From assembly GCF_009914755.1 (NCBI RefSeq), contig NC_060931.1: DNA of 64,000 bases, one strand, 5' to 3'. Positions 43,049 through 57,527 of this stretch are shown here, piece by piece. The notes below the pieces were generated by a model, which was given only the letters and a program-made list of their open reading frames with translations, was not told where the DNA came from and did not search any database. Source of the stretch: the human T2T-CHM13v2.0 reference genome, Homo sapiens. The position numbers and the translations under genes are program-made. How positions within the stretch are numbered: the first letter of the stretch is position 1; each line of letters opens with the position of its first letter.

Positions 43049-43854
43049 TATTTGTTTATTTATTTTACTACTTTCCCTTTTTCTTGTAATAGTTGAAAGG
43101 CATGATAAGGTAAAATATTATTGCCTAAAAATACTCTGCCTCTCTGGAAAATAAAAAAGACAGAAGTTTCCAAGAAATCTTTCAAGAGATATAAAAATCG
43201 TATGAAAATGAGATAATTAAAGAATAAATCTGTAATTATGCATGTTGTAAAATACAAATGGGAGGCTGGAAGAGAGACTGTAGATGAGCCGTGAAAATGA
43301 AAGCAGAAATAAAGTAGGAATGGAAGCATTCATATAGGAATTGTGAGATATAGTATCTTATTTTTGTTCAACACTAAATAGTTTTCAAGTCTAGCAGAGG
43401 ACTTGGAAATTTTAAGCTACTCAACAGTGAATCTCAGAGATTTCTTCATTCATCTCACAGTTGGTCTTATATAAATATACAGCTCTGTAATGATTATATG
43501 TATCAATTTTTTTTCCAGTCAAGGAGTTTCCCTCCTCATGTTCATTTCTCTGAAAAATACCACTTGGTACTAGATGATGTGAATGGCTGTGATTGAACTG
43601 GTTAATTAGGGTAATAGGCTGACATCTTGTTTCAGCAATTAAACAATAAAAAAGATGTTCTTTATTAAGATACGAATCCATTTCTTAAACGAATTGGTTC
43701 CATAGATTTCCATAGCATTAACCATGTTGATAATTCAAATGCTTCATCACTGAACAAAAATGCTCAACCTCAGAGACTATCCTTGCATATAAATTTTTTT
43801 ATTTTCAGTTGAGTATTGGCCAACTCATATCAAACATTGTTCATAGATTTTTTT

Positions 43855-45420
43855 TTCAAGATGACAATTAGAAGCTTTTAGCATGCCACAGCCACTTGGA
43901 AATAGCAAGGCAGTGCATAAAGATAAATACTGTGAGCTTTAATTCAAGAAGGAAAATGGAGATCCACTGGAATTGTGAAGAACACTCCAGATCCTGAGAA
44001 GGAGAATGCTGGCAAACAGCCACCATAATGCTGTCCAGCTGAGAAAAGTGAATGAAGTCCCAGCACATGAGAGGTAGAAGCTTCCCTCTGTGACTCACGT
44101 TTCCACTGAGGATCAGAGAAATCCAGGCTGAGAGACAGCACTTTGTTTCTCCCAAATCCTGGAGCTAACTTCAGGAGAGGCTTGGAGATGCTGATAGGGA
44201 CAGACACTGGATAAAGCTACAGGCATTTTCCCAGTCCCAGGACAGAGAACAGGATACCATTTTTAATTTGGGTGCATCTAAAGTCAGCCATTCTTTGGCA
44301 ACCCAGCAGTGTGGCCATGCAGGCATTTTAGTATTGGGGTAGAGAATGGAGCACCTGCTCTGGATCAGGGTAGGGTCCTCCACAGCCAGAACCATGGAAA
44401 ATACCTCAACAGTAGGCACGGGAATTGTGCTTTCCCCAGTCACAGGCCTTGGGCAAGAGGAGAGCTGCTATGGCTGTGGTTTCTCCTGGGCAGTGAGACT
44501 TTCAGCCAGGGCCAGCCTGATGAACTAGAACTGGTCTGTGTGTGTTATTGCTGGGTGTCCCAGCCTACTTTCCTGAGACTGTGGTGTAGCAGGGCCTTCT
44601 CCATTCTACATATAAGCAGATCTCCAAGCATTTAAAGCACCCGCTCTCATGGGCTAGCAGCCTGGGTTGCCCCTTCCTTCCTGTGCAGAGATCCTTGTGC
44701 AAGGGGGCCATCTCCACTTCTTGCCCAGGCAGATATCCAGGGATTCAGAGTGCCCATTAGCGTGAATCAGCAGTCTGAGCTGCTCCATTCTTCTGGTGCA
44801 GAGATTGCGGTGCAGTGGGACCCTCTCTGCTCCACAGATTTCCAGGTATTTGGAACACCTGCTTGCCTGGAGCAGTAAGTAGCTTGAGCCACCCCATCCT
44901 TCCTGCGCAGCGATAGTGGTGCAAGGAGACCCTCTCCACTCCACAACCAGGCAGATCTCCAGGCATCTGGAGCAGCCACTCTCCTGGATTAAGAGATCAG
45001 GCTGCCTCTGACACTCCTATGCAGAGAACTTGGGGCCAAGGAGGTTTCCTACCTCCATGCCGAGGCACGCCTCTGGACACTTGGTGGCTGCCCACTGGAC
45101 TCTCCCTCAGAGCTGGTGCTTGTGCCTATCATTGGGGGACCTGTAGATGGACTTGCCAGGTCCAGCCCTACCCAGTGTTTTTCCAGTAAAGGAGGATCGA
45201 GTATATACCCAGCCCCATTGGCTGCAACCTGCTATTACCCATAAGCCCCCATCTACTGGCTTGTAGGTCAAAGTACCCAGCCCAATATAAAACCTGCGGA
45301 CAGAAGTGCATAGGGTTATGGAAGCAAAGTCAAAAGACCCTACCCAGCATTATCCTCAGTCACATCCTCTAGGGAGAGGAGGAAAGGGAAGGGGAAAGAA
45401 ACAGAAAAAAAATATATAGG
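43855..45420 (+). mobile_element. Older L1 (L1PB/L1M1-like) 5'UTR with internal ~95-bp repeats
   Basis: GC-rich region with recurrent CAGATCTCCAGGCAT..GAGCAC..GCAGAGAT..GTGCA units at ~44615-45030. Confidence 0.6.
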
Positions 45421-45449
45421 GAAAGGAAGAAAAATAAAAAATCCGAGCT

Positions 45450-48400
45450 CCGGCTGGCAAGATGGCCAAATAGGAAGAGCTCCAGTCTGCAGCTCCCAGT
45501 GAGATCTATGCAGAAGATGGGCGATTTCTGCATTTCAAACAGAGGTACCCGGTTCATCTCATAGGGACTGGTTGGACAGTGGGTGCAGCCCACAGAAGGC
45601 GAGCCAAAGCAGGGTGGGGAGTCGCCTCACCCGGGAAGTGCAAGGTGTTGGGGAACTCCCTCTCCTAGCCAAAGGAAGCCATTAGGGACTGCACTGTGAC
45701 AAATGGTGCACTCTGGCCCAGATACTGCACTTTTCCCACGGTCTTCACAACCCACAGATTGGGAGATTCCCTCCAGTTCCTATGCCACCAAGGCCCTGGG
45801 TTTCAAGCACAAAACTGGGCAGCCATTTGGGCAGACACCAAACTCGCTGCAGGAATTTTTTTTTTTTTTCCCATAACTCAGTGGAACCTGGAACACCAGT
45901 GAGACAGAACTTTTCACTCCCCTGGAAAGGGAGCTGAAGCCAGGGTGTCAAGTGGTCTGGCTCAGTGGGTCTCACCCCCACAGAGCCCAGCAAGCTAAGA
46001 TCCACTGGCTTGAAATTCTCGCTGCCAGCACAGCAGTCTGAGCTCTACCTGGGACGCTCAAGCTTGGTCGCGGGAGGTTCATCCGCCATTGCTGAGGCTT
46101 GAGTAGGCGGTTTTACGCTCACAGTGTAAACAAAGCCGCTCTGAAGATTGAACCGGGTGGAGCCCATCACAGCTCAGTAAGGCCACTGTGGACAGACTGC
46201 CTCCTTTCTGGGCAGGGCATCTCTGGGAAAAAAAAAAAAAAAGCAGCAGCCCCAGCCAGGGGCTTATAGATAAAAAACCCCGTCTCCCTGAGATAGAGCA
46301 CCTGGAAGGAGGGGTGGCTGTGGGCGCAGCATCAGCAGACTTAAACATCCCTGCTTGATGGCTCTGAAGAGAGCAGCGGACCTCCCAGCACAGCCTTGAA
46401 CTTCACGCTCTGCTAAGGATCAGACTGCCTTCTCAAGTGGGTCCCTGACCTCTATGTCTCCTGATTGGGAGACACCTCCCAGTAGGGGCCAACAGATACC
46501 TCATACAAAAGAGCTCTGGCTGGCATCTGGCAGGTGCCTTTCTGTGACAAAGCTTCCAGAGGAAGGAACAGGCAGCAATCTTTGCTGTTCTGCAGCCTCC
46601 GCTGGTGATACCCAGGCAAAGAGGGTCCTCCAGCAAACTCCAGCAGACCTGCAGCAGAGAGGCCTGATTGTTAGAAGGAAAACTAACAGACCAAAAAAAA
46701 TAGAATCAACATCAACAAAAGGATGTCCACTCAGAGACCTCATCCGAAGGTCCCAACATCAAAGACCAAAGGTAAATAAATCCACGAAGATGGGGAGAAA
46801 CTAGCACAAAAAGGCTGAAAATTCCAAAAACCAGAATGCCTGTTCTCCTCCAAAGGATCACAACTCCTCACCAGCAAGGGAACAAAACTCAATGGAGAAT
46901 GAGTTTGATGAATTGAGAGAAGTAGGCTTCAGAAGGTGGGTAGTAACAAACTCCTCTGAGATAAAGGATCATGTTCCAACACAATGCAAGGAAGCTAAGA
47001 ACCTTGAAAAAAGGCTAGATGAATTGCTAACTAGAATAATCAGTTTGAGAAGAACATAAATGACCTGATGGAGCTGAAAAACACAGCACGAGAACTTCGT
47101 GAAGCATACACAAGTATCAGTAGCTGAATCGATCAAGTGGAAGAAAGGATATCAGAGATTGAAGATCAACTTAATGAGATAAAGGCAGAAGACAAGATTA
47201 GAGAAAAATGAATGAAAAGGAATGGACAAAGCATCCAAGAAATATGGGACTATGTGAAAAGACCAAATCTACGTTTGATTGGTTTACCTGAGAGTGACAC
47301 AAAGAATGGAACCAAGTTGGAAAACACTCTTCAGGATATTATCCAGGAGAACTTCCCTAACGTAGCAAGACAGGCCAACATTCAAATTCAGGAAATACAG
47401 AGAACACCACAAAGATACTCTTTGAGAAGAGCAACCCCAAGACACAGAATTGTCAGATTCACCAAGGTTGAAATGAAGGAAAAAATGTTAAGGGCAGACA
47501 GAGAGAAACGTCAGGTTACCTACAAAGGGAAACCCATCAGACTAACAGTGGATCTCTTGGCAGAAACTCTACAAGCCAGAAGAGAGTGAGGGCCAATATT
47601 CAACATTCTTAAAGAAAAGAATTTTCAGCCCAGAATTTCATATGCAGCCAAACTAAGCTTCATACATCAAGGAGAAGTAAAATCCTTTACAGAGAAGCAA
47701 ATGCTGAGAGATTTTGTCAGCACCAGGCCTGCCTTATAAGAGTTTCAGAAGGAAGCACTAAACATGGAAAGGAACAACCAGTACCAGCCACTGCAAAAAC
47801 ATACCAAATTGTAAAGACCACCAACACTATGAAGAAACTGCATCAACTAGCAGGCAAAATAACCAGCTAACATCATAATGACTTGATCAAATTCATACAT
47901 AACAATATTAACCTTAAATGTAAATGAGCTAAATACCTCAATTAAAAGACACAGACTGACAAATTGGATAGAGTCAAGACCCAGTGGTATGCTGTATTCA
48001 GGAGACCCATCTCACTTGCAAAGACACACATAGGCTCAAAATAAAGGGATGGAGGAAGCTACCCAGAAAAAAGGAAAGCAAAAAAGAAGCAGGGATTGCA
48101 ATCCTAGTCTCTGATAAAACAGACTGTAAACCAACAAAGGTCAAAAGAACCAAAGATGGGCATTACATAATGGTAAAAAGATCAATGCAACAAGAAGAGC
48201 CAACTATCCTAAATATACATACACCAATACAGGAGCACCCAGATTCATAAAGCAAGTTCTCAGACACCTACAAAGAGACTTAGACACCCACACAATAATA
48301 GTGGGAGACTTTAACACCCTACTGTGGATATTAAACAGATCAACAAGACAGAAAATTAACAAGGATATTCAGGACTTGAACTCAGCTCTGGACCAAATAG

Positions 48401-48505
48401 ACATCTACAGAACTGTCTACCCCAAATCAACAGAATATATATTCTTCTCAGCACCACATTGCACTTATTCTAAAATTGACCACATAATTGGAAGTAAAAC
48501 ACTAG
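45450..48505 (+). mobile_element. L1PA7/8-like element, intact 5' end, truncated in the ORF2 endonuclease
   Basis: GGCAAGATGGCCAAATAGGAAGAGCTCCAGTCTGCAGCTCCCAG start; ORF1 remnant 47212-47589. Similarity ends at ..CACATAATTGGAAGTAAAACACT. Confidence 0.92.
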
Positions 48506-51500
48506 CATGTCCTTTCAATTCTCTTTTTCTCTCTAAAGGAAAGTGGTGGCATAGAAGCTCCTACTGTCCCTTGTAGGACATTTTTCAGTCTACAGTGATC
48601 TCTGTATGTTCACAAAGTCATCAGAGATGCATAGAAAAGAACGCCGTACAAATGGTCATACTCTAAATGCCCAAATGCTCCCATAAATTTGGTTTGAAAA
48701 TACCCTCACGAAACCTGAATTGACCAGCCTTATAAATTGATGCTATCCATGCCCCCTTCAGTTTGAAAAATGGTGAAGGGATATTAGACACAAAAGAGAC
48801 TTGGTTGTAAGTTTATTTATAATAAGGATCTTGCACATCCTTGGAGGTCGTTGCTGGTTATTGCTGGTTATATGTTAGGCATATATAGAATCCTAATTAT
48901 AGGTTTTAGGTCAGAATCAATGCCCAGGCATGGTGGGGTGAATGTATTTACCTAACTCCTGCTTTGTACTTCTTACTATATGCTTAGCCATATATACTAA
49001 AATTGTTTTAACTGATTTTCACAAAATAGAACTTTTTAGAGAGTGAGTACAAGTGGCAAAATATGCTGTTTTATAAGAGAGATTGCCAAATCACAATTGT
49101 TTTCTTTTCCTTTTAATGAACATTTTTCCTTTTTAATTTTAAAATATGTGCTTCTTGGGAAAAAAGTAAAATAATTCAGAAGCATACAAAGTAAAAAGTG
49201 AAAGATCTTTGTCCTCCACCTCATCCTCTGCCTCTCGCTAATTCTTTTCTTCCCCCCTTCCAAAGAAATGATCACTGCTAATGGTTTGGATGGTATCTTG
49301 TCTGATGTTTTTCCTACATTTATGTATTGGGGTTAGAGTTGGGAGAGCTGGACTGGTAGAAAGAGACACAGAGAAAAAGAGAGAGATCTGCAACTTGCTC
49401 TTTCACTGACTATATCCTGAGCGTTTTTTTCATATCCCTGTAAAAAGATGGGCATCATCCTTTTGAAGAGCATCTTGCATTCAGTTGGATTGTCCTGAAA
49501 TTCATTTAACCATTTGCCTATTAGCACATTAATGTTATTTCTATTTTTTCTTATAAATAATAATACAATGACTATCTTTTCGCTACCACCCCTAAGCTTG
49601 ACATACACCTCTTCATTTTAAAGACTTGGTAATTTCCTTTTAGAAACATCTTATTTTGGAAATTTTCAAACACGTAACAGAAATAGAAATAGAACAATGA
49701 GCACATGTACTCATCACCCAGGTAATGGTATCAAATCACACCCCACCCACTCCTTAACCTTTCCCGTTTGTTTTGAAGCCAATCTCCAACAGTGTGTCAT
49801 TTCACCCATAAAATAGTATATCTCCAAAAGATAAAGACAAAATTTTAAATGTAGTCACAATACTGTTATCCCATTTTTAAAATTATCACTATTTTTCTGT
49901 CCTAACAAAATGTCAAAAACCATATCATTTTCAAGAGGATTCCATAAGTGTCATCTGTTATGTACCTATATCTGTACTTACCCTTTAGATCAACTGATTA
50001 TATAATCAGTTAAGTCATGGAAATATAAATAATATATTTATATTATATATTGATCTAAAGGATAAGTATAGAGATGTATATCACAATTGTTTCATACTCT
50101 CAGTGTGATTTTAGAATTGAATTTGGCTTTTGCTTTATATATTTCAAAGCTATATTTTAGGTTTATAAAAACTCATGACTTTTTTATGGCTCATACATTT
50201 TTGTCATCTAAAATATTATTTCTTGCATTTAGTATTTTTCATCTTTATTTTGTCTAATATTAATTCTGACTCCTACTTTGTTTTACTTGTTGATCTTTTT
50301 ATTCTTTCTTTTGCTTTTAAAGATACATCTCTTAGTACAAATCTGATTTTTTAACCCAATTGAGGGTTAAAAATTTATATAATTAAGGACATTGATGTTT
50401 TTATATAATTAAGGACATTGGTGTTTTTCTTCTAGTTCCATCATCTTATTTGATGTTCTTTGTTAAACAGTCTCGTTGCTTCTTTTCAAATTTTCCTTTG
50501 CTGCCTTTAGCTTGATTGATGGAGTTTCTTTTCCCCTTCTCTCTGTTTAGAAGTTATACACAATTTTTGTATCATTATTATAGCTACCTTTAATTTTTCC
50601 CAGCTCTTTCTTTCAAATTTTTCACACTTAAGGAAAAGTTGTCAGAATAACATAATAATCACCGCACCCTTTACCTAGATTCACCAGTGGTTACATTTTG
50701 CCACATATGCTGCATAAGTATACATACGAAGAGATTATTTGGCCTAGCCATTTGAGAGTAACCTACAGATCTCAAGAATGAAGGAGGCAGGTGATGGATA
50801 TGACACTTCATACCTGAATACTTCAGCCTGTATCTCCTAACAAGGACATTTTCCCATATAACCACAATACAGTTATCTCACTCAAAACATGTAACATTGA
50901 TAGAATGTTGTTATCTAATGTCCATGTTCAAACGTCTCTAATTGTTCAAAAAAATCCCTTTTTTAGATTTTTTAAGATATAGGATCTAATCAAGTTTCCA
51001 TATCATATTTCTTTAGTCTCCTTTAATCAAAATAGTTCCCTAGCTTTTTTTTAAATCTTTCAGGACATTAGTATTTTTGAAGTATGCAGTCCCGTTGTTT
51101 TATGGAATGCCCTTCAGTTTGGCTTTGTCTAATTGTTTTTTTTTTCATGATTACACTCAGTTCACACATTTTTGGCAAGAAAATAATTTATGTTGTTTTC
51201 ATCACAGTGTCACAAATTAAAGGTGCATGAGGTCAGTTTGTCCAATTACTGGTGATGTTAAAATTGGTCATTTAATTAAACTGGAGTTTGCCAGATTTTC
51301 CTATTTTACTGATTTTATTTATTATATTTTATTTCTACTTATTTTATTCCTTTCCCCCTTTTTTAAAACTAATTTAGTGTGTGACAATTTGAGATCTGTA
51401 TGAATATCCTGTTTGCCAACAACCTTTCACCCAGTGGTTTTAGCTTTCATTGGTGATCTGTGCCTGAGTAAATATTTATGAAAGTGGCTACTTCTACCAC

Positions 51501-53888
51501 TTCAGCCACTTCTGAACCTTTCTTCAAAATTCATCTCAGGTATCACATCTTTAGAAAGCTGTCCCTTACTCCTCTCCTCTCATTCTGATATAGATGAGTC
51601 TTTTGTGCTCCCATACTAACCTAACATCTTAGCACTTACCTCAGGCTAAGTGTTGGTTTACTTGTAGATTTCTATAAGAACTGATTGACATCCTTTGGTA
51701 AATAAGACCTTCGCTTCCCCACCTTCACATTTACTGTTAGGGTTGTTCTTCTTTTTAAACGTTTGTTTTAGTATCACCCTATACTCATGGATCCTTTTCT
51801 TTTAAGATCGAATACATTACAATCCATTTATAGTCAGTATTTTTTGAAGGCTAAGTTGTCCCAAATTTGGCAAGTTAAAGCCTCGTTAAGCTGTCTCCTG
51901 AGCCCATCAGTTTTTTTTTAGTATTTACTTAGTTTCTGACATAAAAAGATGTTGCAAGGTTACCTTGTACTTTTCTGGTTCAAAACCTGGATTCAGCCAT
52001 TTCCTCAAGGAATGCTAGTTCCTTTTAGTGGTGAACGGTATTTAGAAACCAAGATCTAAAGCATGCTCAGTGCTATGGTGTCATCATTTCTGGGTTCTGA
52101 GAGAGCCATATCTTTTAATCATACATTCACACTGATACCCCCAATTTTACTTCAAAACCACAGGATTCTTCTTCTCTTTCACTCATTCCATATTAGTATT
52201 TTTCTTCTGCCATAGTGAGAATCCTGGTTTCAACAGCTTCAACATTTACCTATTTGCTCAGTCCAATAATACACACAAACGAGTTTCATGATTCCTATAC
52301 CCATACTATTGCCAATAACAAACTTGATAAGTTATTTTTGCCTTCTGAATACACCACACTGAGCATATAGAGTCCAGCAAGTACTATATTCAAAAGTATT
52401 CAAATTGCTTTTTACATTTGGGCCTGTTTTTATTCCATGTGGGGTTTTCTCCATATTTGTTTATTTAATTTTATTTTATGAATGCTAACAGCATGGCTAC
52501 AATAGCAGAATACACATTCTTTTATGTGCACATGAGATAGTCATGAAGATAGACCATGAAGATAGACCATCTGCTGTGCTATAAAATAAGCCTTAGCAAG
52601 AGTAAAAGAATTGAAATCATACCATATATGTCCTCATCACAGTGGAATTAAATTAGAATTCAATAACATATCTGAAAAATTCCTAAATATTTGTAAATTT
52701 AAAAATGTTTCTAAATACTCCTTAAGTCAAAGCAGAAATTACAAAGGAAATTAGAATATATTTAGAACTGAATAAAAATGAAAGCATAACATGTCAAAAA
52801 TTGTGCAATTCTATTAAAACAGTGCTAAGAAAGATATGCCTTTAAATACTTTTATTAGGAAAGAAGAAAATTTGAAACTCAGTGAACTATGTTTCCATAT
52901 TAAGAATCTAAAAAAGGAAATTGAATTAAACCCAAAATCTGTAGAAGAAACGAGGAAATAATAGAGCAGAAATCTGTGAAACAACTTTAAAAAAAAAAGT
53001 AAACAGTAAAACCAAAAGCTGATTAGTTGAAAAAAAATCATTAAAAGTGATTAACCTCTAGATAAGCTATGAAAATAGGAGAGATAACACAAATTATGGA
53101 TTTCAGGAATAGAAGAAGGAATATTAGTACAGATCCTACAGACATTAAAAGGATAGTAAGGGAATATTACAACTTTATGCCAATAAATTTGACAATTTAG
53201 ATGAGATAGATAAATTTCCTGACAGCCAAAAATTACCAAAATGGATACAAAAAGAAACATGAAATATATGCTAAATAAATTGAATTGTAATTTTAAACAT
53301 TCCAACACTAAATGCAATGTGGTATCCTGGATTGGATCCTAAAAGACATTGGTGTGAAGAGTGATGATATTTATATAAAATCTGGAGTTTAGTTAGTAGT
53401 GTTTGATCACTGTTGACTTCTTAGTTTTGACAAATGTATAATGGATGTTTTACTATATTGCAAGTTTTCGATTTTCTTACATTTTAAAATAGAAATTGTA
53501 TTTAAAATCAACAACGCAAAGAAAATTCCAGGCCCAGACAGCTTCATTGATGAATTTTATCAAACATTCAAGGAACAAATAATACAAATCCTACATAAAC
53601 TCTTTTTAAAAATAGAAAAGGAAGATTTTCCAACTTGATTTATTAAAACAGCATTTCTCTAATACTGAAACCAGAAAAGGACATCGTAAGAAAACTACAA
53701 AACAATATCCTTCATGAATATAGATGAAAAATTATTAATAAAATATTAATAGAATACGGAAATATATAAAAAGAAGAATACTTCATGACCAAGTAAGGCT
53801 ATCCTAGGATGAATGACTGGTCTAACATTCAGTAATCAGATTAACTCACCATATTAATAGAATGAATGAGAAAAACCATGTAATTCAA

Positions 53889-54200
53889 GGCTGGGCATGG
53901 TGGCTCATGCCTGTGATCCCAGCACTTTGGGAGGCCAAGGTGAGTGGATCATTTGAGATCAGGAGTTTGATTTGAGACCAGCCTGACCACCATAGTGAAA
54001 TGCTATCTCTATTAAAATACAAAAGTTAGCTGGGCATGGTGTTGTGTGCCTATAGTCCGAGCTACTGGGGAGGCTGAGGCATGAGAATCATTTGAACCTG
54101 GGAGGCAGAGGTTGCAGTGAGCTGAGACCGTGCCTCTGTACTCAGCCTGGGCAACAGAGTGAGACTGTCTCAAAAAAAAAAAAAAAAAAACCAAAAGAAA
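53889..54200 (+). mobile_element. AluS
   Basis: Full Alu; TSD AAAAACCAT(G/A)TAATTCAA. Confidence 0.92.
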
Positions 54201-55729
54201 AATAAAAACCATATAATTCAATAATACACATACAAAATATTGACCAAATTCAATACCAAATCATACCAAATTATGATAAAATTTCAGCAAATGAGAAATA
54301 AAAAGGAACTGCTTCAACCTGATAAAAATGTCTACGAAAAATATATAGTTAAAAATATTCTTAAAGGTGAATACTGAACATTTTCCCCTAAGACTGAGAA
54401 CATGACAAGGAATAATACCTGCTCTCACCTCTTCTATTCAACATTGTGCTACAGGTCCTACCCAGTGTAATAAGGCAAGGAAAATAAGGCATAGAGATTG
54501 GAAATTTAAAAAAATATATATATGTGTGTTTTGTTTTTCTAGAACACTGAGCCAAAAGACAGGAAATGTTTGAATCTTGGTGTTGGAAAACAAATTTAAA
54601 AGAAAAAAGTATTTTACACATTTAGAAGATTTTTAAATGACAAGATCCATTTAAACATAAAGTTAGAGCATTTCCTAGAATGGAATTATTTTATTTTTAG
54701 AAGTATTTGCAAAAAGCATGATCATCTATGTAAAAAAAAATCCTAAAATATCTACAGTAAAGCTATAATAATTAATTTTAACAAGGTTGTAAGATACAAA
54801 ATTCAATTTACAAAAACCAATTACTTTTTTAATATATTAGCAACCAGCAATTGGTAATTACAATTTTAAAATACAACATTTAAAATAGAACCCAAATTAT
54901 GAAGTAGTAAGTGTTAAATTTAACAAAATATGTCATGAGACCTGTATGGTGAAAACTACAAAACATCTCTGAGAGAAATTAAATAAAACCTAAAGAAATG
55001 GAGAAATATACCATGTTGATGGATCAGAACACTTGATATTTTAAGATGTCAGTTTCCCCATTAACCTACAGATTTAATGCAGTCCATAGTTCAAACCGAT
55101 TCTAAAAATATACAAATGAAATGGAACTAACATAGGCTAGTTTTAAGACTTTTTACAGAAATGAAGTAGTCAAAACACTTTGATATTGGCATAAAGATAG
55201 ACATGCAGATCAATGAAACAGACCAGATAGTTTAGAGATAGACCCACAAATTTATGGTAAATTGTTTTTTGACAGAGTTGCTCAGCTAATTCTATGAGGA
55301 AATTACAGTCTTTCCAACATATGGTTCTGGAACAACTGGATACCCTTATGGAAAAAAGGTGAATTGTGACCCTCACCCTACTCCATAAAAGCAAATATTT
55401 AAAAATAGATCTAGACCTAAATGCAAAAGCTAAATTTTAAAAACTTCTAAATGAAAGCATAGGAGAAAATATCTGTGACCTTGACCTTTGCAATTTTTGC
55501 CTACATAGGACACAAAAAGTACATGAACCATAAAAGGAAAAGATTAATAAATTGAGCTTTATTTTTAAAAAGTAAATAGCTCTGCAGTTCAATAGACAGT
55601 ATTAAGGAAACAAAAAGGCAAGCCATAGACTGGAAAAAAAAATATTTGCAATACTTATATCTGACAATGGACTTGCATTCAGAATACATGGAGAACTCTT
55701 ATATTCCAATAATGAGACCACCTATGTTT

Positions 55730-56007
55730 CTTTGTTTTTGTTTTGTTTTTTGAGACAGGGTCTCCCTTTCTGTCTCAGGCTGAAGTACAGTGGCACGAAC
55801 ATGGCACTCAAGCAATCCTTCCTCCTCAGCCTCCTGAGTAGCCAGGACTACAGGTGCACGCCACCACACCTGGCCATTTTTAAAATTTTTTGTAGAGATG
55901 GAGTCTTGCCATGTTGCCCAGGCTGTTCTCAGACTCCTGGGCTCAAGCAGTCCTGCCTTGGCCTCCCGAAGTGCTGGGATTATAGGCATGAGATACCACA
56001 CCCTGCA
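55730..56007 (-). mobile_element. AluJ
   Basis: Antisense diverged Alu with a (TTTTG)n tail. Confidence 0.88.
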
Positions 56008-56661
56008 AGTTTTTTTTTTTTTTAAGCCAAAATAGTTTAACACACTTCACAAAAGATAAAATATAAAAGGCCAAAAAGCCCAAATGATTCTCACTATCAT
56101 TAGTCATCAGAGAAATGCAAAAAACTAAAATCACAATGAAATGCCCTATGGCCCCATAAAAATGGCTAAAATTAAAGACTCGCTATATGAATTGCTGACA
56201 AGAATGTGGTTTTATACATTGCCAGTGGGAATATAAAATGACACAACCACTTTGGAAGACGGTTTGGCAATTTCTTATAAAGTTAACTGACAATTAACAT
56301 ACAATTTTGCCATTTCATCACCCTTTATCCAAGAGAAAGGAAAACATGTCCACACAAAAACTTGTACATTAATGTTTAGGGCAGCAAGCCCAAACCAAAG
56401 ACTACCCAAATGTCCATCAACAGATGACAGGATAAACAAAGTGTAGCCTATCTCCAGAATGGCATAATACACAGCTGTAGAAGACGATGCATTACGGATA
56501 GATGCCACAGTATGGATGGTTCTCACAAAGTTATTCTGAGTGAAAGAAGCCAAACTCAAAGGAGTACATACTTTATGATTACATTATATGAAGCTTTAGA
56601 AAAGAAAAATGTTTATGGATAGAAAGCACATCAGTAGTTGCCTGCGGTTGTGTGTGGGACA

Positions 56662-56894
56662 GTCTCAGCTCACTGCCAGCTCCACCTCCCAGGTTCATGC
56701 CATTCTGCTGCCTCAGCCTCCCGAGTAGCTGGGACTACAGGCGCCCACCACCACGCCTGGCTAATTTTTTGTATTTTTAGTAGATGGGGTTTCACAGTGT
56801 CAGCCAGGATGGTCTCGATCTCCTGACCTCGTGATCCGCCCACCTTGGCCTCCCAAAGTGCTGGGATTACAGGCGTGAGCCACCACGCCCAGCC
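56662..56894 (-). mobile_element. AluY/Sc-like, 3' end missing
   Basis: Antisense Alu beginning at TCTCAGCTCACTGC with no poly(T). Confidence 0.88.
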
Positions 56895-57345
56895 TAATCA
56901 ATAATCTTTTAGAGTAGCCTGTCCCATTTTTTCACGAGAGAGGTAATATATCTTCTTAGAACTTTCTGATGATATGCAATACCTACTTAGAACGTTCTTC
57001 TCCATTTGTTGCTATTGTTCCCTTGGGAGTTTAGTTGGGTGCTTCTCTTTCATGCTGTTAATTTTCGTCAGATATTTGGTGGTTCTTGTCTATTTACATT
57101 TTAAATTACATTTAAATCCTAGGTTGATCATTATTGGTTACTGCAGAGCATTTTCTTGGGACAAATGATAATCTTTGGTCCTTTGTTCCCCTGATCTTCT
57201 CTTTCACATGTACGCAGTTAGATTCTTCTGTTCTCATGGCTTTCCAATCAATCAGATACCATTTGATTTATATTTTTTATAAATGTCCCCACTATCTCAG
57301 TTTGTTGATGGCACCCTTCTCAAAATCCAATGCTATTATGGATTT

Positions 57346-57527
57346 ACTGAGTTTCACTCTGTCGCCCAGGCTAGAGTGCATTGGCATGATCTCAGCTCAC
57401 TGCAACCTCTGCCTCCCAGGTTCAAGCAATTCTCCTGCCTCAGCCTCCTGAATAGCTGGGATTATAGGCACCCGCCATCATGCCCCGCTAATTTTTGTAT
57501 TTTTGTAGAGACAGGGTTTCACCAGGA
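57346..57527 (-). mobile_element. Alu fragment (right arm and linker)
   Basis: GAGTTTCACTCTGTCGCCCAGG..TTTTGTAGAGACAGGGTTTCACCA. Confidence 0.85.

Larger units (their letters stand above)
52480..56660 (+). mobile_element. Old L1M ORF2/3'UTR with nested Alus
   Basis: [22 protein letters not shown] remnant (53441-53638) and L1M 3'UTR motifs to ~56655. Confidence 0.75.

Noticed and set aside
44615-45030. ~95-bp degenerate repeat array with overlapping ORFs
   Set aside because: Consistent with internal repeats of an old L1 5'UTR.
38021-48576. L1 ORF1/ORF2 fragments as active genes
   Set aside because: Broken by stops and frameshifts, and both elements are truncated.
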